Positions 37,265 through 46,907 of a stretch of 64,000 bases of DNA are shown piece by piece (positions within the stretch are counted from its first letter, which is position 1; each line of letters opens with the position of its first letter). The notes beneath the pieces are model-generated. The model ran no database searches. It was not told where the DNA came from and worked only from the letters and a program-made list of their open reading frames with translations. The stretch is from positions 32,001-96,000 of IMG/VR virus record IMGVR_UViG_3300048854_000081; one strand, written 5' to 3'. The DNA is from a virus. Its lineage: Duplodnaviria > Caudoviricetes. The position numbers were made by a program, and so were the translations under genes.

Positions 37265-37687
37265 ATGAACGATCTGAATCACTCTGTCGAGCCGAAGAAC
37301 TTCCCCGCGTTCGTGGGCATGGTCCGCAAGTTGGGTGAAGATAAGGATGTCGCTACGGAACTGCTGTGGCACATCGTCAACGAGCGTCCTGAACTGGCTC
37401 TCGCCCTGTTCAACGATATGAATACCCCTGTTGTGGTCCATACTGTCCACGTTGGCTGTCCGCTGTCTCCGTCTGCCAAGGATAAGGATGAGGTTCGCCT
37501 TGCTCCCGGTGTGATTTGGGCTGGGGATAAGTCAACCATCAGCGTCTTCAATTATCGTGCCATCCGCGACATTCACACGGGTGGTGGTCAGAGCCCGCGC
37601 ATCGCTGCCATCAAGCGTTTGCGTGAGCTTACCAGCCTTGGACTCAAGGAAGCCAAGGATACGTGCGATCTGTGGTTCATGTGGTAA
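37265..37687 (+). CDS. Protein with C-terminal ribosomal protein bL12 (L7/L12) CTD-like motif
   Basis: RIAAIKRLRELTSLGLKEAKDTCD versus canonical bL12 KVxVIKxVRxxTGLGLKEAKDLVE. Confidence 0.8.
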   Translation: MNDLNHSVEPKNFPAFVGMVRKLGEDKDVATELLWHIVNERPELALALFNDMNTPVVVHTVHVGCPLSPSAKDKDEVRLAPGVIWAGDKSTISVFNYRAIRDIHTGGGQSPRIAAIKRLRELTSLGLKEAKDTCDLWFMW

Positions 37688-37750
37688 GGGGTTGCATTCC
37701 CTTACGTAATCTGTATACTAACCCCACACTAACCCGCTAAGGATACTGTC

Positions 37751-40640
37751 GTGATTCCTCTGAACGCCAAGAACATCGCCGCTCTCAACTTCTGCGAGAA
37801 CCTTGCCAATGGTAACCGTGGAGTCAAGGCATTCCTTGTCGCTAACATGACGGGTTGCACGTGCTGTCGCGATGAGAACTTCTACAGTGGTCCGTATCGC
37901 ACCAAGGAAGAGGCGGAAGCCGTGATGGTAGACCACCGTAAGCGTTCCTTGCTGGCTTCCCAGTTCGCTCGCGAAGGCAGGTATCACATTACCGAATGCC
38001 ATGTGCTGGAATATGAGAACTTGCTTGTGATCGACGGCGAGACTGTCAACCGTGGCGGTTGGAATCAGCACAATCTCGATATCGGTTACACCCCCTAACC
38101 AAGGGTGTTGACAACCTCATAGGTTCCGTTATAATACCTCCACACCACACGGAAACGACCATGAAAACTCTGACCGGCCAGATTGTTGACTTCGTTGCCA
38201 CCGCAAAGGCCAATGGTGCCTGCACTGTCTACGCCAAGCTGCCCCGCTATCATGGACTGGTCGCGAACAACAAGGTCGTTCAGATTCGTAACAAGCGTGC
38301 ATACGCTGAGTATGTGGACGAACTGGGTAACATCGTGGTCCTCTGCAATGACCTGATCGTTCGCCAGTTCACCCATGCGGAATACGATGATGTGATCCTC
38401 GGTAAGAATGATCGCTATCACGTCATCATGCGCTTTGACAAGAATCAGGGCGTGCGTGCTGGGACACATGCCTATCTGGATGTCAAGGGTCGGATGCAGT
38501 GGTCCAAGGCCACGGCTACCAAGCATCTGAACGATGTCAAGAACGACGTTGGCTACAACAGCCATTACGATCACTTCGCACTGGAACTGGCATGAACGAG
38601 CTTATCCGTGCCATGGAACAAATCGAACGCCTCTCACGGGAGGCTGATCCCAAGCTGGTCGATGTCCCTGCGATGTTGGGTGATATCGCACGCAAAGCAT
38701 TGGAAAATGTCAAGGGGTTGCATTCCGTTACGTAACCTGTATACTACACCCATACTAACCAACGGCGAACTGCTATGAACCTCGTGATCACTTCTCTCCG
38801 TCAGCGTGTTGAGTCCGAGTCCTACTCCCTGTTCTTCCCGTTGGTGGAACATCCGGGTGCAGGCTGGGCACCACCGTGTGACAAGGATGGGAATGTCCTC
38901 CCCGATGAGTTCGCATCGCTGGCGCAGCGTCAGGCCGAAGTGGCTAAGCATCTTGCCGATCCCATCTATGGCAAGCCCTACGTCCAGACCTTCTATAACA
39001 GCTACGTGGAAGCTGCTGTAGGCCGTTGTGAGTGCGGTGGCACAGTCCAGCTTGATGACGGACTGGAAAACTTCTGCGATGAGTGTGGTGCGTGCTACAA
39101 CATGGCTGGGCAGCGTGTCCATCCTGAACTGGCCGAAGGGAACGACCTCTACTAAGGGGTTGCATTCCATTACAAAACCTGTATACTAGCCACACACCAC
39201 AACGGAACTGATGCCATGACCACTGTTACCGATTTCGAAACCCTCATTGGCTTGCGCGAGTATGCTGATGACCGTGCGGAATACTGGTCCATGGAACTGA
39301 ACAAGTTCCCTAAGGGTGAAATGGGTCTGACTCCCGATGCTGTCAAGGCATCCCCGGAGTTCAAGATGGCTAAGAGTAACTACGATGAGGCATTCTTTAG
39401 CCTCCGTCGTTACAATGCCCTGCTCCGCACCCACTACCCGAAACAGTTCGCCAAGCATACCAAAGCTGCCATTGCAGCACGGAGAGCCAAAGCATGAACG
39501 ATAACCTTCCCCTTGAAATCAAGTGGCGTGGTGCGACCTATGTGATGCTGTCCGTTCAAGACGGCTACGTTACGTGGCGTAATACCTTCTCCGGCTACAG
39601 TGAGTCATGCTCTGTCGAAAGCTGGAAAGAGGGTAAGCCGTACGAACGCCAGATGGGTGCTTACTAACATGGTAGAACCGCGCCAGTTCACTGTAGGAGC
39701 GCATTCCATACGTAACCCATGGGAACGTAGCCTCAATGACACCGCTGAGCGTGTAGAGGCTTATGGGGGCTTACACCCTGTGTTGTACGATACCCTGACA
39801 GGAACGTACTTCACCCGCATCGTGCACACGTTCAGTCAGCACGCAATCCTCTACCATCTGCACCTGAAGTAGTCAAGGGTTGCATTTCCTTAGGAGATAG
39901 GTATACTAACCTCACTCACCAAGGAACTGCCATGAACGACATCAAAGAATTCGCAACCGTCGAAGATGCATTCGAATGGATGTATGAGGCTGTTGATGAT
40001 GGGTGTATCGATAACGAACGCTTTGCCTACTCCGATGATGAGGATGCGGTCAACCGTTTCATTGAGTTGACTGATCAAGGCTGCTGTGGTTGCTTCGATT
40101 CCCTCGTAACCATCCTCGGTCGTGAGGCACACATCGGTTGCAACTATGGACATTGATCCCATGACTGGCAGGCAGCATGACTTCATTCTCATGCTGCTGA
40201 TCAAAGCCCTACTGTTATCTAACCCTACCGCCGTACATGAGCGTACAGGACCGTCGTGGGGTTACATCTTCGATAAGGTAGGCAACGGTAGACCCCATGG
40301 CTATCCCACCATTGAAGAGTGGATGAATAGCCTTGACAAGTGGGCAGCTAGCAGGGCTATCACTGTCCTCAAGAGTCTACAACACTAAGGGGGTTGCATT
40401 CCCTTACGTAACCTGTATACTAGACTCATCCTAACGAAACGGACAACGACCATGACCTCTGCCAACTATGCCCATATCTCCCTCAACGACTGGAATGCTA
40501 TGTCGCCGGTCGAGAAGGCCAAGGCTAAGGAATACGTCAATGCACGCTGCGACCAGATGCAGACCCTTACCCGTGAGGCACGCATGGCTGAGCGCAAGGC
40601 TCACCGTATCGCTACCTACATCAATGAGGTTAACTACTAA
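37751..40640 (+). other. Run of small hypothetical early genes (37751-38098, 38161-38595, 38775-39155 with Zn ribbon, 39216-39497, 39932-40156, 40146-40388, 40452-40640)
   Basis: Most are preceded by TTGCAT-N16-TATACT and an RBS. Confidence 0.7.
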
Positions 40641-40856
40641 TGAATGCCTGCCCTAACCTCATCCCTATCATGAGCCGTGACCTCACCTATGTAGCAGGCG
40701 AGCTATCATGTGGTGGTGTATACAATGGTATGGTCATGCGCTGCGCACAGTGCAGTGAGTATGCCTGCCTTGAGTATGATGTGGATAGTGATAGCTAACA
40801 GTAGGTAACACAGTAAGCTAAGCATGTCAACACTATGCTTAGCGTGTACACGCACT

Positions 40857-40908
40857 GCTCCCCATCCTCGTCCCTATCTTACCATAGGTTAGCTGTATGT
40901 AACCTGAA
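40857..40908 (-). promoter_or_regulatory. GGATGGG element, copy K (degenerate)
   Basis: Reverse complement: ttcag-N6-tacag-N11-taagat-agggacgaggatggggagc. Confidence 0.7.
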
Positions 40909-41070
40909 CGCTATGGTATGTAACCTATTGCAATGCATAGGCTATGGTGGTATAGTATGTACATAGGTAGCCTACTGGTATACGTGGAACGCTAAAGCAA
41001 GTTTGGTTTTATTTTGAATTACTTTTATTTTCTTTTACACCGCAGGGGTATAGGGTAGGCTAAGCGAGAG

Positions 41071-41158
41071 TGTGTATCTACCCCTAAAATAAAATTTTTT
41101 CATGATTTTCTTTTCCGTCACGCGAAGACTGTGTATCTACCCCTAAAATAAAATTTTT
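41071..41158. repeat. 29-bp direct repeat with A/T tracts
   Basis: tgtgtatctacccctaaaataaaattttt at 41071-41099 and 41130-41158. Confidence 0.9.
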
Positions 41159-41176
41159 CTGGAAAATTTCTGCACC

Positions 41177-41488
41177 ATGACCGAAAATGATACCATGACC
41201 TTGTGGGATGCTGATGCAGATAATTTGATTGATAATGTGCACCTGATCGAATACGTAACCTTTGATAATCGTTTCTGCGTCCGAGGGTTTTGGATTTATA
41301 CTATCACCCTTGATTATTGGAATGCAGGTCGTACTGTATTAGATAAGCTTACGGTGTATCAGTATCATCATATGTCCGATAGGGTTGACATCCATCATTA
41401 CAATCAGTTACTAAGCGTAGTAGAAAATATGACGAAGATGCCTATTGAAGATTTCACCAATGGTACGTTTGGCTACATAGAACCCTGA
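41177..41488 (+). CDS. Paralog family B protein
   Basis: C-terminal NQLLSVVENMTKMPIEDFTNGTFGYI. Confidence 0.8.
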   Translation: MTENDTMTLWDADADNLIDNVHLIEYVTFDNRFCVRGFWIYTITLDYWNAGRTVLDKLTVYQYHHMSDRVDIHHYNQLLSVVENMTKMPIEDFTNGTFGYIEP

Positions 41489-41503
41489 ATCCTTATATCC
41501 TTC

Positions 41504-41944
41504 ATGATAAAACCCTTTTTAAAAATTTTTTCCAGAATTTTCCGTGCGGCGGACGAATCTACGGTAGAGACAACGGTTCCTGTCAAGGTGATGCCAAAGT
41601 TAGAGGACTATCTCAAATTAAGTCCTGATAAGACTAAAATGATAAAGCTATCCAAATTGTTAACAGATGGTACTTATAAGCTTATCGGGGTTGAATTGAT
41701 CCATAGTGATCATGCTATAGGTCATGGTAGGCTTTGTTATGATAATCTCAAGTTGATCTATAGGGATACCACGCTAAGTGACATTGAACCTGAGAGTAAT
41801 TATCTGTTGTGGCCGGTACCCGATTCGGAGAAAACTGGCATTGTATGTGTGGCCTACAATGATATCTTAGGAATGGTTGAAGACTATCTTGAAGGTAGCA
41901 TTAGTGAGTTTACGTTTGGAACCTTTGGATACATAGACCTCTGA
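41504..41944 (+). CDS. Paralog family B protein
   Basis: NDILGMVEDYLEGSISEFTFGTFGYI. Confidence 0.8.
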   Translation: MIKPFLKIFSRIFRAADESTVETTVPVKVMPKLEDYLKLSPDKTKMIKLSKLLTDGTYKLIGVELIHSDHAIGHGRLCYDNLKLIYRDTTLSDIEPESNYLLWPVPDSEKTGIVCVAYNDILGMVEDYLEGSISEFTFGTFGYIDL

Positions 41945-41986
41945 ATCCTTTATATCCCTTTCATCGGTTTCCTATGGTGCTACACT

Positions 41987-42478
41987 ATGGGAAATCTTCT
42001 TGTGTCCGAAACTAAAAAATTTTTCTGGAAATTTATTCTCATGATTGAATCAAAGCTTTCAATGATCCCTCATCCTATGCTTGGCTTTGGTAGCGCATCA
42101 GTATCCTTTGGTGAGGTTTCGAATGCCACACTATTAAATGATGGTATGGTGGGTTGGGATAATGCTCAGCATGTGATTGGTAAGATCAAGGATGGTTCCT
42201 ATAGAATTTCTCAGGTCTGTCTTATGTTGTATCATATTGTCAGGAATGCGATTCCGGGTGAAAAGGCATTGCCATATTTAAGACTGACTATCACTGACAA
42301 TGCTAAAAACTACATCCATTATTCATTAGCCCGGTATCATATGAAAGGTTACGATGCTGAGCAGATTGCCTTGGTGAATACACTGTTTAGTAAGATTGAA
42401 GATTACATTCAGGTGTCCTTGCATGAGTTTACTCAAGGTCATTTCGATTACATTCCTGTGGAGTTAGACCATGCTTAG
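41987..42478 (+). CDS. Paralog family B protein
   Basis: NTLFSKIEDYIQVSLHEFTQGHFDYI. Confidence 0.8.
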   Translation: MGNLLVSETKKFFWKFILMIESKLSMIPHPMLGFGSASVSFGEVSNATLLNDGMVGWDNAQHVIGKIKDGSYRISQVCLMLYHIVRNAIPGEKALPYLRLTITDNAKNYIHYSLARYHMKGYDAEQIALVNTLFSKIEDYIQVSLHEFTQGHFDYIPVELDHA

Positions 42479-42785
42479 TTATAGACAAAAGATAATTAAT
42501 GAAGTGCGTCAAGGCATCAACCGACGACCATTTACGGGTTTGACTGTGGAGGATGTTGCCAGTATAGTCGAAGAAGTGAAAGATTTCATTGATCCGTTTA
42601 TCGTAAATGTACGTAAGGGTGCCTATAGTGTAGCGTATGTTGAGTTCCATGAGCGCTATCTTAGGAAGAAGTCCAATGGTGATTCGGGTGAGCGTGGTAG
42701 CCAATTAGCTTTTTATTACAAGATTGTGTTGGATGAGGATGGTAATCGTCTTATCGATAAAATTGAGCCCGATTTAAATGAATGA
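42471..42785 (+). CDS. Probable family B member lacking the C-terminal motif
   Basis: GAYSVAYVEF...LAFYYKI resembles the family's N-terminal strands; no IEEFT tail. Confidence 0.6.
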   Translation: MLSYRQKIINEVRQGINRRPFTGLTVEDVASIVEEVKDFIDPFIVNVRKGAYSVAYVEFHERYLRKKSNGDSGERGSQLAFYYKIVLDEDGNRLIDKIEPDLNE

Positions 42786-43137
42786 AGAGATAGCTGAAAG
42801 GATTGCGCATTTACGGAATGATAAGTCGATCAAGGTCTTATCTATTGGCTTACGAAAGGATTTCCATAAGAGTGTAATCAAAAATCTTAGAAAAGGGGTT
42901 CGTGGCAGGGGAATGTTAGAGTGTCGTCAGTTGATTCAAATGTTTTATCAGTATAAAGTCATCAATCCTCATACTCAAAATCCTTATTTTGTATCCGAAA
43001 ATATCTTTTTTGAACAATCTGATATTCCGGTTGATGATCAGGGTGTAGAGGACTATAATTTTTTCCTATCTTATGTAGAAGATTGGTTGGGTGTGAGCAT
43101 TGAAGAATTTACAGAAGGTAGTTTCCATTATGTTTAG
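42778..43137 (+). CDS. Paralog family B protein
   Basis: NFFLSYVEDWLGVSIEEFTEGSFHYV. Confidence 0.8.
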   Translation: MNEEIAERIAHLRNDKSIKVLSIGLRKDFHKSVIKNLRKGVRGRGMLECRQLIQMFYQYKVINPHTQNPYFVSENIFFEQSDIPVDDQGVEDYNFFLSYVEDWLGVSIEEFTEGSFHYV

Positions 43138-43149
43138 TAAAGGTAATTT

Positions 43150-43458
43150 ATGAGAAATGAAACAATATATGGTTCGTTCTTAGATTTTGACAATAATATA
43201 GAAATTTTATATGTCACATTTCGTGAAATAAGATACGGAAAATTCTATGCTGAGGAATTAGGTAAAGAGTCTAATCATTCATTAGAAATTTTCTATAGAA
43301 AAGAGGGCGCAATACCTTCAGACCCAAATTATACTTATCGCATAACTACTGATTCTTCGATCAAAAAAGAATTGTTTAATAAAATTTTGACTGATATAGA
43401 GAATATCATAGAGGAATCCATAACTGTATTCACCCGTGGTCATTTCCATTATATTTAA
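43150..43458 (+). CDS. Paralog family B protein
   Basis: NKILTDIENIIEESITVFTRGHFHYI. Confidence 0.8.
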   Translation: MRNETIYGSFLDFDNNIEILYVTFREIRYGKFYAEELGKESNHSLEIFYRKEGAIPSDPNYTYRITTDSSIKKELFNKILTDIENIIEESITVFTRGHFHYI

Positions 43459-43464
43459 CATCAT

Positions 43465-43857
43465 TTGCCTTCTTTGGGTAGATATCCTACTATAGGGTCT
43501 TCCTCCATGATTATTCGTGCCATGCTACCTAAAGCTACTGTGAAGAATCTTCAAGAGAAGATAGTTGTTGTTTCCAAAAATCAAGTCTTTAAGAATGCGG
43601 CTGGTCCTTTCTTGGAAGCCTTTACTGCTGACAGGGTTGTCATTCGCTATCTAGGGTTTTATGATAAATTTAATACCGTCAGTAACCGTAAGGAACCAGT
43701 GATCCTCATTGAATATACCATGGAAGCTATGGAATGTCGGCTTGAGATTCCTGCACATGCGTGTGAGTTGGATGAATACCGTAGGGTCATTGCTCTGGTG
43801 GAAGATCATGTTGGGCAGTCCATTGAAGAGTTTACCTATGGTCATATGGGAATGTAA
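43465..43857 (+). CDS. Paralog family B protein
   Basis: RRVIALVEDHVGQSIEEFTYGHMGM. Confidence 0.8.
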   Translation: MPSLGRYPTIGSSSMIIRAMLPKATVKNLQEKIVVVSKNQVFKNAAGPFLEAFTADRVVIRYLGFYDKFNTVSNRKEPVILIEYTMEAMECRLEIPAHACELDEYRRVIALVEDHVGQSIEEFTYGHMGM

Positions 43858-43862
43858 ATATA

Positions 43863-44201
43863 ATGATTGGATATACTAAGCCCCATAACAGCGAGTCAGG
43901 TAAATTTGAACCAGATAATGAAATTATCTTTATACAGAAGATTATTGATGGAATAAGTAAGATTCGTGGTGTCGAATATACTAGTTCATTTGCCTATGAA
44001 TGGTATTTCCCCATGGTTATTCCTCGCCATACGTTAGTGATCAATCTTCTGGTAGATGATAATATACTAAATTATTACCTGCCTAACACAATTGATCGTA
44101 TCCATATGCCTCTGGTCAATCAGCTTTATAGTAAGATTGAGAATGTGATTGACATGTCTATTGAAGAATTCACACACGGCAAGTTTTATTATGACCAATA
44201 A
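43863..44201 (+). CDS. Paralog family B protein
   Basis: NQLYSKIENVIDMSIEEFTHGKFYY. Confidence 0.8.
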   Translation: MIGYTKPHNSESGKFEPDNEIIFIQKIIDGISKIRGVEYTSSFAYEWYFPMVIPRHTLVINLLVDDNILNYYLPNTIDRIHMPLVNQLYSKIENVIDMSIEEFTHGKFYYDQ

Positions 44202-44508
44202 TGTAATAGTACAGCCTACTGAAGCCGAAATAATTGATAATGCAATTTCCGGTGTTTACAGACCACGAAGTTCCGAGATTTCAAGAGTGGTTAATGTTGG
44301 ATACGGTGAAGATTATCATGTACTGAAAATATTATTTTGGGAAGATATTCAACCCACAGGTCGGAGAATTAGACGGGTGATCCTCAAAACAAAGCATGAT
44401 ACCGAGTTGAGTAATGAGAAGCACAATAAGCTTATTGCGTTGGTTGAAGATACGACACGGATGCCCATTGCTGAATTTACGCAGGGTGTCTTCGGATATA
44501 AACATTAA
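44191..44508 (+). CDS. Paralog family B protein
   Basis: NKLIALVEDTTRMPIAEFTQGVFGY. Confidence 0.8.
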   Translation: MTNNVIVQPTEAEIIDNAISGVYRPRSSEISRVVNVGYGEDYHVLKILFWEDIQPTGRRIRRVILKTKHDTELSNEKHNKLIALVEDTTRMPIAEFTQGVFGYKH

Positions 44509-44524
44509 TTAAGGAAATTGATTG

Positions 44525-44866
44525 ATGAAATATCAATTTTTAGAAGAAATAGAAGATACTGCCCTCAGTATTATTGAAGGAAAGATACGTGTTAGATTCA
44601 TTGATCAAGTAAATTCTTTTAATCCTGATTCAGTTGTCACGGAACCTGCGTTTACCTTGCAGTTATTTTTAGCGAATAAAAATAACAACAACGATGCCAC
44701 GTATAATGTATTAGAAATTGAAAATAATTCATGGAAAAATAATCTAACTAAATCAACATTCAATAAATTGCTAGCAGTTGTAGAGGATTTAACCGGAATA
44801 TCTATTCATGAACTTACAAAAGGTCAGATAGATTATGTTGAGATTGCAAAAGATGACCAATTATGA
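44525..44866 (+). CDS. Paralog family B protein
   Basis: NKLLAVVEDLTGISIHELTKGQIDYV. Confidence 0.8.
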   Translation: MKYQFLEEIEDTALSIIEGKIRVRFIDQVNSFNPDSVVTEPAFTLQLFLANKNNNNDATYNVLEIENNSWKNNLTKSTFNKLLAVVEDLTGISIHELTKGQIDYVEIAKDDQL

Positions 44867-45372
44867 ACATGTTTAAAAAATTTATCTACAAATTAATGAT
44901 TAAATGGTTTCCGGATGATATTCGTGTACCATTACCAGATATCAGAAACAATCCGAACAGTCAATTGTATCAAGGTGATGCTCAGTTGGATGCTGACGCT
45001 GAAATGTTGAACGTAATTCGAATGATCGAAGGCAATAAAACGAAAATTACTGCAATCACTTATACTAAATCTGATACTTCAGGTAATTTTGCTAAATCTA
45101 ATAGTTCAGGTAATTTTGGTCCAGTAGGTTGGGGATATTTTGTAGTCCATAACCTTGAAATACATTATGCAGTTGGAGACCCTACTTCAATATTGTATAA
45201 TACGAAGGGTATGGTTAAATTAACTTCTAGAGTTAATAAATTTGGTGATGACACGCTCCCATCGAATGACGATATCACCCGTGATACTTACAATAGAATG
45301 TTGGAAATTTTAGAAAATATCCTTGACATGCCTATTGAAGACTTTACCGAAGCCAAATTCTTCTATATCTAA
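44863..45372 (+). CDS. Paralog family B protein
   Basis: NRMLEILENILDMPIEDFTEAKFFYI. Confidence 0.8.
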   Translation: MNMFKKFIYKLMIKWFPDDIRVPLPDIRNNPNSQLYQGDAQLDADAEMLNVIRMIEGNKTKITAITYTKSDTSGNFAKSNSSGNFGPVGWGYFVVHNLEIHYAVGDPTSILYNTKGMVKLTSRVNKFGDDTLPSNDDITRDTYNRMLEILENILDMPIEDFTEAKFFYI

Positions 45373-45451
45373 TCTGTACCTTAACGGGTGAATCTGAAGT
45401 GATTGACACGTTCTCCACAATTAGATAGAATTGCTATCCTTGGAGAAACAT

Positions 45452-46033
45452 ATGTCCCTAACGTATTACGACAATAACAATAGTTCACTTGCAGGTATAT
45501 TGGACACTGGCGATTTGAGAGAACCCATTACCGACGACACACTCGACATGCGTGCTGTCACTGCTCTTGACAATATCATAAAAGAATTAATTACGTTTCA
45601 TGAAACAAAACCCGGATGGAGCTTGGGTGGTACTCCATTAAATCTAGAGTATGGTGAAACTCTTTTACTTAAAAAGAAGTTTGAAAATGGAAACACGGTT
45701 ATTGTCGGTATCACTTCTCCCTATTTCTATTTTCCATCCCAGCGAACCATGATTTATTTTGATGGTAAGATTAAGGAAGATACTGGTAAGATGTCAGTAG
45801 CTCAAATTTCTCAGAATGGTGAAAAGATATTCTTTACATCAAGTAAGATGCAGACCCAAGACGGTGCTCTCCCATTATCGGTCAAGGGTATTACCTCAAT
45901 GTACGAGGTCGAGTCCATGCAGACCACATTGAAAGAGTTACACCAAAAATGTACGACGATATTTTCCCTTATTGAAGATATCTATGAAAAATCCATTGAA
46001 GACATTACCTCCAACATCATCACCCAAGGTTAA
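45452..46033 (+). CDS. Divergent family B protein
   Basis: TTIFSLIEDIYEKSIEDITSNII. Confidence 0.7.
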   Translation: MSLTYYDNNNSSLAGILDTGDLREPITDDTLDMRAVTALDNIIKELITFHETKPGWSLGGTPLNLEYGETLLLKKKFENGNTVIVGITSPYFYFPSQRTMIYFDGKIKEDTGKMSVAQISQNGEKIFFTSSKMQTQDGALPLSVKGITSMYEVESMQTTLKELHQKCTTIFSLIEDIYEKSIEDITSNIITQG

Positions 46034-46041
46034 GTAGTATC

Positions 46042-46428
46042 ATGCAGTTGAACACCCTTCCACAGAAGAGCACCATTCCAGTTGATATTGCTTTTCATGA
46101 TTATGTAACTTCTACAAGTCCGAAGGATATTTGTAAAGACATAGTGTTTGGTAATCATTATTATGTTGCAGGGGATAATACAATGAATGTATCCCCTGCC
46201 ATTATCATCCGTGGTGATTTCTCTATTTTTCTTACTTTTGTTGAAGATATGGACAAGAGTGTCACTGTCGTAGTCAATCCATCGGATTGTGACGATGGTA
46301 AGATGACTTTCATGTCATTGGATGATAACCTCAAGGCTGACCTTAACCTTCTATTCTCTTTGGTAGAGAACTTCATGAATCATCCTATTACCTATATAAC
46401 CAATAACTTATTCGATTACTATGTTTAA
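46042..46428 (+). CDS. Divergent family B protein
   Basis: NLLFSLVENFMNHPITYITNNLFDY. Confidence 0.7.
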   Translation: MQLNTLPQKSTIPVDIAFHDYVTSTSPKDICKDIVFGNHYYVAGDNTMNVSPAIIIRGDFSIFLTFVEDMDKSVTVVVNPSDCDDGKMTFMSLDDNLKADLNLLFSLVENFMNHPITYITNNLFDYYV

Positions 46429-46903
46429 GGATGTCTACAAGACCTTCCAAGATCAGTTTTTGTCCGAATTCCAGACAGCCTTACCAGAGGTAAGTCCTAC
46501 TAAACCTATATCTGCTCAGCAAATCATAGCCAATCTAAATGCTGTGATGAGCACCGTCAGTACCGGTTATGATAACCAAATCAATGCAAAACCGCTCATT
46601 AAGCAGTTTTTGGACTTCAAAATCACGTCTATTACCCTTAAAATGAAGGTTAGCAAGAACATAAGCTTCGTTAAGCCTATACATACTTACTATACTATTG
46701 ATATTGGTCCGTTCACACTCAACACAGGTGGAAGTGAGGAAGGATTTCGTCGCTTACAGAAGATTAGGTCAACTAACTTCGATTACAACTACACGTTCAA
46801 TGGTGGTGAGGTTGAAGCCAGTCTACTAAAAAAGTTTGATGAGATTATTGCCAATGTTGAAGATATTATGGAAGATTTTTGGGAAAACATCCTTACGATG
46901 TAA
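46421..46903 (+). CDS. Most divergent family B-like protein
   Basis: DEIIANVEDIMEDFWENILTM. Confidence 0.55.
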   Translation: MFKDVYKTFQDQFLSEFQTALPEVSPTKPISAQQIIANLNAVMSTVSTGYDNQINAKPLIKQFLDFKITSITLKMKVSKNISFVKPIHTYYTIDIGPFTLNTGGSEEGFRRLQKIRSTNFDYNYTFNGGEVEASLLKKFDEIIANVEDIMEDFWENILTM

Positions 46904-46907
46904 ATCT

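Noticed and set aside
10981-39458. Long minus-strand ORFs in the early region (e.g. 10981..11562, 16400..16990, 20552..21223, 21871..22542, 27581..28198, 36102..36602, 38634..39170)
   Set aside because: They are antisense shadows of plus-strand genes that have promoters, RBSs and recognisable motifs; biased codon use leaves the opposite strand open.
41177-46903. Diversity-generating retroelement or shufflon as the source of family B variation
   Set aside because: No reverse transcriptase or invertase in the window, all genes are co-oriented, and similarity is mostly at protein level rather than template/variable DNA repeats.
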